Translations under genes and position numbers: made by a program
Source: an uncultured Thermotogae bacterium
GTDB taxonomy: Bacteria; Bipolaricaulota; Bipolaricaulia; UBA7950; UBA9294
NCBI GenBank assembly: GCA_964466035.1
Contig: CAYXLR010000006.1
Coordinates: 28,918-92,917 of the forward strand
Reading direction: 5' to 3'
DNA: 64,000 bases
Shown here: positions 8,992-16,100 of the stretch, piece after piece
Numbering within the stretch: the first letter of the stretch is position 1
Layout of the letters: each line of letters begins with the position of its first letter
The notes under the pieces: generated by a model
Seen by the model: the letters and a program-made list of their open reading frames with translations, nothing else
What the model was told of the DNA's origin: nothing
Databases searched by the model: none

Positions 8992-10807
8992 GCGGACGTC
9001 GCGCGCTTCGAGTTCCCGCTTCTTCCGGTTCGGCCTCGCCGCGGACGGGTCGTACCGGTTCGATCCGTTCGCGCTCCCCCCTCAGTTCCGGATGCTCGGC
9101 ACCGGCCAGCTCGGCGGCAAGGCGCGGGGGCTCCTGTTCGCGATGAAGGCGATGCACGACGGCGCCCGGCTCACCCGGTTTCAACACCTCCTTCGGTTCC
9201 CGGACTCCACCGTGTTGACATCGGAGGTGTTCGAGACGTTCATGGAGGAGAACCGGCTGCAGGACGCCGTGCGCGCCGGCTGCGAAGGGACGATCACCCT
9301 CGACGAGCTCTCCGAACGGATCGTCTCGGCAACGTTCCCGCGGGCGTGGGCCGAAGAGTTGATCCCGTTTCTCGAGCGGGAGACCCGGCCGCTCGTCGTC
9401 CGCTCTTCGTCGGTGATGGAGGACGACCCGGACCACTCCTTCGCCGGGATCTACCTGTCGGTCTTTCTGGCGAACACCGGGCCGCTCGACGCGCGCCTCA
9501 AGCGGCTGATCGATGCGATCAAGCGCGTCTACGCGTCGACGTTCGCCCCGAACGCGCGGGCGTACCGAAAGCGGCACGGGCTCGACTGGCGAAAGGAGAG
9601 GATGGCCATCCTCGTCCAGAACATGATCGGGGGCCCGTACGAACACGACCTGTTCTACCCGCTCGTCGGCGGCGTCGCGTTCTCCCGCAACTACTACCCG
9701 TGGACCGACCGCCTCACGCCGGACGACGGGGTCGTCCGGCTCGTCGTGGGCACCGGCACGAGGGCGGTCGGCCGCGAGTACGCTCGCGTGTTCTCGCCGC
9801 GGCGGCCGGGCCTCCGGCCGGAGGGGTTCGACGTCGGCACGATCGTCCGGTACTCGCAGGAGACGGTCGACGTCCTCGACATGGAGGCCGGAGAGCTCGC
9901 CCAGCGGAAGCTGTACGAGCTCGACAACCCCCTCCTCGCGACGATCTGCTCCCGGGTCGACGCCGACGGGGAACTCCGCGAGACGCCGCACGCCCCGGCC
10001 GGTCTCGGCGGCCGGCTCATCGCGTCCTTCACCAGCCTGATCGAGACGGACGCGATCATGCCGCTGACCCCGCTGATCCGAGAGCTGCTCACCGCCCTGG
10101 CCGAGCTGCTGGAGCTGCCAGTCGACGTCGAGTTCGCGATCGACTTCTCCGGACCGGAAGCGGAGGCGGCCGGGTCGCCGCTGTTCTCCATCCTGCAGGT
10201 CCGCCCGCTCGGCAGCCGCCCCGAGCACCGCCGGATCCACCTCCCGCAGGTCCGCGAGGACCGCTCGGTCCTCGAATGTCACCAAGTCCTGGGAAACGGA
10301 AGGATCGACGGAATCCGCCATCTCGTCCTCGTGTCTCCCGAGACGTATCGGTGGGACAAGGGGTACGAGATCGCCCGGTCGGTCGGTCGGATCAACCACC
10401 GTCTCTCGGAGCGCGACGAGCCGTACGTCCTGATGGGGCCCGGCCGTTGGGCGTCGACGAACCCGCAGCTCGGCGTCCCGGCGCAGTACAACGAGATCGC
10501 CGGCGCGTCGGTCATCGTCGAGATGTCGACCGGATCGTTCGCCCCCGAGCTCTCGTACGGGACCCACTTCTACGCCGACATGGTCGGAAGCGGCGTCCTC
10601 TACCTACCGTTCCGAGAGGAGGCGGGAGACCGGCTGAACCGGGATCTCCTGGCGAACCAGGAGGTGGCCTACCGGGACGAATTCGTGACCCACTACACGT
10701 TCCGGCACGGACTGAGCGTGTTCGTCGACGGGGAGCATCAGCGGGGGATCATCTTCCTTCAGCGTCCGCGCTCGGCCCGAGCACGACGACGGCGTCCCAT
10801 GGGCTGA
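8966..10807 (+). CDS. PEP/pyruvate-binding (PPDK_N, ATP-grasp) domain protein of unknown function
   Basis: LGGKARGL, PLVVRSSSVMED..SFAGIYLS, VDVEFAID, ILQVRP, GPGRWAS, SYGTHFY; ATG 8966 after AAGGAG. Confidence 0.85.
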   Translation: MLGRQPRRRRTSRASSSRFFRFGLAADGSYRFDPFALPPQFRMLGTGQLGGKARGLLFAMKAMHDGARLTRFQHLLRFPDSTVLTSEVFETFMEENRLQDAVRAGCEGTITLDELSERIVSATFPRAWAEELIPFLERETRPLVVRSSSVMEDDPDHSFAGIYLSVFLANTGPLDARLKRLIDAIKRVYASTFAPNARAYRKRHGLDWRKERMAILVQNMIGGPYEHDLFYPLVGGVAFSRNYYPWTDRLTPDDGVVRLVVGTGTRAVGREYARVFSPRRPGLRPEGFDVGTIVRYSQETVDVLDMEAGELAQRKLYELDNPLLATICSRVDADGELRETPHAPAGLGGRLIASFTSLIETDAIMPLTPLIRELLTALAELLELPVDVEFAIDFSGPEAEAAGSPLFSILQVRPLGSRPEHRRIHLPQVREDRSVLECHQVLGNGRIDGIRHLVLVSPETYRWDKGYEIARSVGRINHRLSERDEPYVLMGPGRWASTNPQLGVPAQYNEIAGASVIVEMSTGSFAPELSYGTHFYADMVGSGVLYLPFREEAGDRLNRDLLANQEVAYRDEFVTHYTFRHGLSVFVDGEHQRGIIFLQRPRSARARRRRPMG

Positions 10808-12653
10808 GCCGAAGCGCCATCCGACCGCCGGAGACGCGGTGTGCCCGCCCGCTGAGCGGATCGACATAGGCGCCGTCCGCCAGCGGGACAGCCGGGGAGG
10901 CGTCGACCGTCGTGTTTCCGCCGAACAGGCCGACAACGACGATCCGCCGGCCGTGGCTGGATCGGGCGTAGCCGACGGTGCGCTCGTTCGGTAAATCGAG
11001 AACTGACACGGTGCCCGGCGAGGGGTCCGAGACCACGTCCAGCTGTTCGGCTCGAGCGGCGAGCGCCCCGCGGATCGTCGGGACGATCCCGCCGTCTCCC
11101 TCCCAGTCCATCGCCATCGGGCTGTAAAGCGACAGCCGTTCCGCCGAGTACCGGGAGGCCTCCTCCGCGGAGAAGTCGAGACCGGTGTTGACCGGCGCGG
11201 TCTCCCCGAGCTCGAAGCCGGCGTGGAGGAACGGCGCGGCCGGCAGGAAGCAGCCGAGAATCCAGGCCAGCCTCGATCGAGACACGCCCCCGTCGCGCGC
11301 CGCGCACCGCGGGGTGTTGTGCGTCTCGGGCGCGGCGAGGAACGGGAGCGACACGCCGCGCTCGCTCAGCTCCCACAGCACGTCCCGCAGAGGGGCAGGG
11401 CGGTGGACGGACCACCAGAAGCTCCCCATGACCGCGTCGTACCCCTCGGCCTTAGCCGTCGAATCGAGGCGGAAGTCCTCGTCCCAGAACGCGAAATCCG
11501 GATCCAAGCGGCGCGTCTCGCCGATCAGCCGAGCCTTCAGCTGCCCGGGAAGCGCGTGTCCCATGTCGATCAGCGCCCCGTCGATTCCGAACTGCCTCTG
11601 GTAGTGAGGCACAATCCCGGCAATTCGCTCCCACAGCGCCTCGACCGCCTGCTGGGGACGCGCGAGCCGCGCGTCGTACATCCGAAGCGTATTGTACGCC
11701 ATGTAGTCGAAGTCGGGGTGCTCGTACATCCGAAGGTACGTGACGTCATTCCAAGGCGGCTGCGCGTCGTCGGGAGGCCAATCGGAGAACGCCCCGGGGA
11801 TCCGCGCGGACGACCCGTCCCGCAGCCGCGCGACCCAGCCGGTCCCGTCGTGCACGACACCCGTCAGCTCGTCCGGGCGCACGAACTGCTCGCGGTAGGC
11901 GGCCGACGGCGCCGGGAGATCGGTGCGCGCTCCGGCCTCGACGCGCGCCTTGATCTCTCGAAGCTCCGCCTCCGCGAACGTCGGTCGGCCGAACGCGCTG
12001 CCCTCCCGGATCCAGTAGAACCACTGCGGATGCTCCGCCGCCCAAACGCTGTCCCTCGCCGCTGTGCGGAGGACGAACTCGACGACCACGCGGAGTCCGA
12101 GACGATGCGCGGCTTCCGTGAACGCCGCGAACTCCGCCTCCGCTCCCAGCCCGAGGATCGGCTCGGCGAGCGATTCGTCCAGCCGGTACGGGTCGCGAAC
12201 CGCGTACGGCGACCCGAGACGTCCCTTTCGTCCGTCGATCCCGATCGCCGTGATCGGAAGGAGGTGGACGGTGTTGCAGCCGAGGTCCCGGACGTAGGGG
12301 AGAAGGGCGATCGCCTTGGCGAAAGTGCCCGTTTCACGAACTCCTCTCGCCGCGGAGGGACCGATCCGCCCGTCGTCGTCGTGATCGAACGCGGCTGCTG
12401 TTCGGACCAGCAGGTTGTAGACGACCGCGTTCCGCGTCCATCTGTCGCCTCGCCCGTTCTCGGCCGGCTCGAGCCGTTCGCTCAGCGCTCGCTCCACCGC
12501 GGCGCGCCACCAGCCGATCGGATCGACCGCGACCGAGCCGCCGGGAGGCCCGTCCAGCTCGACCCAGCAGGTCGGCACCCGGTAGCTCCCGCCTCGGCGC
12601 CGTTCGCGTCCCAGCGCATCGAGCCGGTTCCAGAGCCGCTCCAGAGCGCTCAT
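10749..12653 (-). CDS. GH13 maltosyltransferase-like glucanotransferase (Thermotoga MTase type)
   Basis: Collinear with my recollection of T. maritima maltosyltransferase: VVYNLLVRTAAAFDH, ETGTFAK, SPYAV, EFVLRTAARDS, HPQWFYWI, QPPWNDVTYLR, DGALIDMGHALP, ETHNTPR; start ATG 12653. Confidence 0.85.
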   Translation of the reverse strand: MSALERLWNRLDALGRERRRGGSYRVPTCWVELDGPPGGSVAVDPIGWWRAAVERALSERLEPAENGRGDRWTRNAVVYNLLVRTAAAFDHDDDGRIGPSAARGVRETGTFAKAIALLPYVRDLGCNTVHLLPITAIGIDGRKGRLGSPYAVRDPYRLDESLAEPILGLGAEAEFAAFTEAAHRLGLRVVVEFVLRTAARDSVWAAEHPQWFYWIREGSAFGRPTFAEAELREIKARVEAGARTDLPAPSAAYREQFVRPDELTGVVHDGTGWVARLRDGSSARIPGAFSDWPPDDAQPPWNDVTYLRMYEHPDFDYMAYNTLRMYDARLARPQQAVEALWERIAGIVPHYQRQFGIDGALIDMGHALPGQLKARLIGETRRLDPDFAFWDEDFRLDSTAKAEGYDAVMGSFWWSVHRPAPLRDVLWELSERGVSLPFLAAPETHNTPRCAARDGGVSRSRLAWILGCFLPAAPFLHAGFELGETAPVNTGLDFSAEEASRYSAERLSLYSPMAMDWEGDGGIVPTIRGALAARAEQLDVVSDPSPGTVSVLDLPNERTVGYARSSHGRRIVVVGLFGGNTTVDASPAVPLADGAYVDPLSGRAHRVSGGRMALRLSPWDAVVVLGPSADAEGR

Positions 12654-12774
12654 CCTCGATCCTTCCTCCCCCGCAGCCGCCGTCGCGTTGCCTCGGCCTC
12701 GACCGCTCGCATCGGCCGACTCTACGCGCGATCGGATCACAGGTCAATCCCTGTTGCATGGTCGGCTGTAACGC

Positions 12775-12803
12775 TTGACACAATGGGTTTGACGGCCTAT
12801 AGT
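12775..12803 (+). promoter_or_regulatory. sigma70-type promoter of the ROK/maltodextrin operon
   Basis: TTGACA-17 nt-TATAGT, near consensus, in an AT-richer intergenic patch. Confidence 0.8.
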
Positions 12804-12807
12804 ACGG

Positions 12808-12832
12808 TTAGTTACTTCTGTGAAGGAAGTTA
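12808..12832 (+). promoter_or_regulatory. Candidate ROK-repressor operator
   Basis: 25-bp imperfect palindrome TTAGTTACTTC-TGT-GAAGGAAGTTA overlapping the predicted TSS and RBS of the ROK gene. Confidence 0.55.
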
Positions 12833-12834
12833 GA

Positions 12835-13992
12835 GTGGAGCTGCAGAAGGGTGATCAGAACCTCGTTCGATCCCAGAACCGCGCGCTGATCATCAATCTA
12901 CTCCGCACCACCGGCCCGCTGTCGCGCACCGACGTCGCGAAGCACACCGGACTCGCTCCCTCCGCGTTGACCCGGTTAATGCGCATCCTGCTCGAAGAGG
13001 GCGTCGTGGAGGAGGTCGGGAAGGCGGACTCTAGCGGCGGCCGCCCGGCGACGTTGGTCGGACTGAATTGGCGTCACGCCTTCAGCGTCGGAGTCAAGAT
13101 CGAGCGGAGGCGCGTTCTCGCAGCGCGCGTCGATCTGGGGGGAGTTATTACTCAGCGCGCAGAATGCGCGATCGCCGATCCGCCCGAGCCCGGCGAGACG
13201 CTCGAGAGGATCGCCCGGCTCGTGGATGACCTCCTCGGCGGGAGAATCCTCGGAATCGGCGTGTGCGTTTCGGGGTTCGTCGATCCGACCACCGGAACGA
13301 ACCTCTACTCCCCGATCCTCCGATGGGAGAACGTGCGAATCCTCGACGTGCTCACGCCCCGGTTCGACGTTCCGATCCACGTCGAGAACGACGTCAATGC
13401 GCTCGCCCTGGCGGAGTCCTGGTACGGCGCGGGCATCGACTATCAGCACTTCATTTGCGTCACCGTTGGAGAAGGGATCGGCGCCGGGGTCGTGATCGGC
13501 GGCAAGCTGTACCGAGGGGCCTTCGGTGGCGCTGGTGAGCTGGGCCACATCACGATCGACCCGAACGGACCGGTCTGCCGCTGCCGCGAGCGCGGGTGCC
13601 TCGAGGTCTACGCGTCGGATCGGTTCCTAGAAGAAGAGGCCGAGCGGCTCGGCTTCGAGGGGATCGATGGACTCGTCGCCGCCGCCCGTGACGGATCGGC
13701 CGAGGCAACCGCCGCCTTTACACGAATGGGGACCAACCTCGGCATCGGGGCGAAGAACCTGGTCAACCTGTTGAATCCCGAGGCGATCATCCTCGGAGGC
13801 GAGCGGATGAACGAAGGTGACTTGTTCTTCACCGCGTTCGAGGAGGAGGTCTGCCGCCACTCGTTCCCCGCCGAGGCGGCGCAGCTGCGGATCGTCCCCG
13901 CCCAGCTCGGGCCGGACGGCTTCTTGATCGGCGCCGCGACGCTCGCCGCGGCCGAATTCTTCCGGCTCCCGGCACAGGTGGTCGCGCCATGA
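12835..13992 (+). CDS. ROK-family transcriptional repressor (NagC/XylR-like)
   Basis: N-terminal HTH (QNRALIINLLR..LSRTDVAKHTGL), SSGGRPA, VENDVNALALAE, GELGHIT, CRCRERGCLE; GTG 12835 has SD AAGGA (the track's 12820 has none). Confidence 0.93.
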   Translation: MELQKGDQNLVRSQNRALIINLLRTTGPLSRTDVAKHTGLAPSALTRLMRILLEEGVVEEVGKADSSGGRPATLVGLNWRHAFSVGVKIERRRVLAARVDLGGVITQRAECAIADPPEPGETLERIARLVDDLLGGRILGIGVCVSGFVDPTTGTNLYSPILRWENVRILDVLTPRFDVPIHVENDVNALALAESWYGAGIDYQHFICVTVGEGIGAGVVIGGKLYRGAFGGAGELGHITIDPNGPVCRCRERGCLEVYASDRFLEEEAERLGFEGIDGLVAAARDGSAEATAAFTRMGTNLGIGAKNLVNLLNPEAIILGGERMNEGDLFFTAFEEEVCRHSFPAEAAQLRIVPAQLGPDGFLIGAATLAAAEFFRLPAQVVAP

Positions 13993-16100
13993 GGGCCGGA
14001 TTGGGCATCGACGCGCACGGACTGCCGAGGATCGAACTCGACGGAGAGACGGTCGTCGACGCGATACGCACCGCCGTTCCGGCATGGGAGGCACGCAACG
14101 CCGAGTACGTCTCGACGCCTTGGGAGCCGATCGAAGGGAACGACGCACTCGGTCCGTTCACCGGGCTGCGAAGCGTCCTCGTGCACGAGAGGGAGCGCAT
14201 GATCGAGCAGACGCTCCGCGACCACGGTTCGGCAATCGTCTTCACCGCACGATTCCTGCGGACCGTCGACGGAACGGGCCGAGCCGATTCGTTCGAGCAG
14301 CCGTCGCTGCACGCCCCGCGGTTCGACCTTCCCGATCGATCGCGCGTCTGCCTGGCGACCCACGGTCTCGGTGCGTCCGACGATCCGTTCGGCGGCTACT
14401 GGCCGACGGCCCATGTCTGCGACGGGGACGCGCTGCCGTCCGAGGCGTTCGCGCCGATGGTCGTCTTCCGCGACGCCGGCGCGCTGGCGATCGCCCCGTT
14501 CAGCCACTTCCTGACCGGCTGTCTCGTCGCGACCCCGGGCGGGGCCGCCCGAGGGACGCACGGTTCGATCGATCGATTCGCCGCGGAGGCGGAGATCGCG
14601 ACGCTGTTCGTGCCGGGGCGAGACGTCGCCGAGGCGCTGATGGCGCTCGGCGACGTCCTCCTGCAACGCGGAGGAAAGCAGCGGCCGAGCCCGTCAACCC
14701 ATCCGCTGTCCGCCGCCATCGGATGGTGGAACGCGTACGGCGGGTACTACACCGAGCCGATCCACCCGCTGACCGCTCCACAGTTGAAGGAGGTCATCGA
14801 GTCGATCCGCGGCCGCGGTCTCCCGATCCGCTACCTCGGGCTCGACCTGTGGTATCCGTACCGCCAGATCGGGCAAGCGATCGAGTTTGCGCCCGATCCG
14901 GAGAAGTACCCCGACGGGATCGCAGACCTGGTGCGGCCCGCCTCGCTTCCGACCGTTCTCCACGTCTCGGCGCTCGCGCAACCGAACGCGTACGGCTCCG
15001 ACGGAGGCGACGGCTCAGTGTACGAGACGATCGGTGACGAGATCCGCCGGCAGGAGGGGTTCGCCGTCTGGCACGATTGGATGCGGACGCAGCAGCATTT
15101 GACGCCCCGTCTGAGGAACTCGCCAGACGCTGCGGAGTCGTGGTACCGAAGAATGACCGGTGCGTTCGCCGACCGAGGGCTCGACGTCCTGCAGTGCATG
15201 CAGACGATGGGGATGGCGTTGGCCTCGACGCAGGCGCCGAACGTCCGCTCCGCCAGGACCTACATCGACTACCTGTTCGCCTTGCCCGAGGCGATCGAGT
15301 CGCTCGCCGAACTCGGCCAGGACGAATTCCGACGCGAGGCGCTCCGTCCGGTCGACCTAAACCGCCAGAACCTGTTGATGGGGACGTTCCTGTACGCGCT
15401 CGGGCTGCTCCCGTTCCACGACCTGTTCCTCTCCGCTTTCCATCCGGGCCTCGGAGGCGCCCATCCCGAAGAAGACGCGGTCCTCCGAGCGCTGTCGTGC
15501 GGGCCGGTCGGAATCGGCGACGCGCCCGACCGAAGCGACGAGCGACTCCTCTCTCGCCTGATCCTGCCGGACGGCCGGCTCCTCCAGCCGGACCGGCCGC
15601 CGTTCCCCGTTTCGAGCAGCCTTGGCGCGGCGGTCGAGACGTACTGGACGCTCCACCGCGCCGGCGACCACGCATGGATCTACGTCGTCGTGCTCAACCT
15701 GTCGTCGCAGGCCGCCCGGTACGACGTCGAGCCCCCGCTGCCTGGTGACTACACGATCCGCAACGGGATCGACGGATCGACCGTGGCACGGATGTCCGGA
15801 GAGCTCGCCGCAGGGCGGACGGCGTACTACGTCCTGTCGCCGCTTCTCGATGGGATCTGCCCGCTCGGGCTGGCCGGGAAGTTCGTTCCTGCCCCCGCCG
15901 ATCGGTTCGTCGCGCTCGACCGTCGTCGCGGCGGGATCGACCTGACCGTCGACCGCGTGGAAGGGACGATCGACTTCCTCTCCCGGGAGCCGATCGAGGT
16001 CCGCGCGAGCGGACGGTCGCTCGACGTTCGTCGTGACGAAGAGCTGACGTCCGTCGACGTCTCCCTCGATCAGACCACGCTGCTCGTTCGCAGGAGGTGA
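13989..16100 (+). CDS. Divergent clan GH-D glycoside hydrolase (Sip1/raffinose-synthase-like)
   Basis: WWNAYG, GLDLWY, VWHDW, ARTYIDY, FHDLFLS, RALSCGPVGIGDAP..LLSRLILPDGRLLQPDRP parallel the Sip1/GH36 motifs WCTWDAF, IDDGW, VKVD, RASDDF, DWDMFQS, RAISGGP..SD.PG..LL..LVLPDG. Confidence 0.6.
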   Translation: MRAGLGIDAHGLPRIELDGETVVDAIRTAVPAWEARNAEYVSTPWEPIEGNDALGPFTGLRSVLVHERERMIEQTLRDHGSAIVFTARFLRTVDGTGRADSFEQPSLHAPRFDLPDRSRVCLATHGLGASDDPFGGYWPTAHVCDGDALPSEAFAPMVVFRDAGALAIAPFSHFLTGCLVATPGGAARGTHGSIDRFAAEAEIATLFVPGRDVAEALMALGDVLLQRGGKQRPSPSTHPLSAAIGWWNAYGGYYTEPIHPLTAPQLKEVIESIRGRGLPIRYLGLDLWYPYRQIGQAIEFAPDPEKYPDGIADLVRPASLPTVLHVSALAQPNAYGSDGGDGSVYETIGDEIRRQEGFAVWHDWMRTQQHLTPRLRNSPDAAESWYRRMTGAFADRGLDVLQCMQTMGMALASTQAPNVRSARTYIDYLFALPEAIESLAELGQDEFRREALRPVDLNRQNLLMGTFLYALGLLPFHDLFLSAFHPGLGGAHPEEDAVLRALSCGPVGIGDAPDRSDERLLSRLILPDGRLLQPDRPPFPVSSSLGAAVETYWTLHRAGDHAWIYVVVLNLSSQAARYDVEPPLPGDYTIRNGIDGSTVARMSGELAAGRTAYYVLSPLLDGICPLGLAGKFVPAPADRFVALDRRRGGIDLTVDRVEGTIDFLSREPIEVRASGRSLDVRRDEELTSVDVSLDQTTLLVRRR

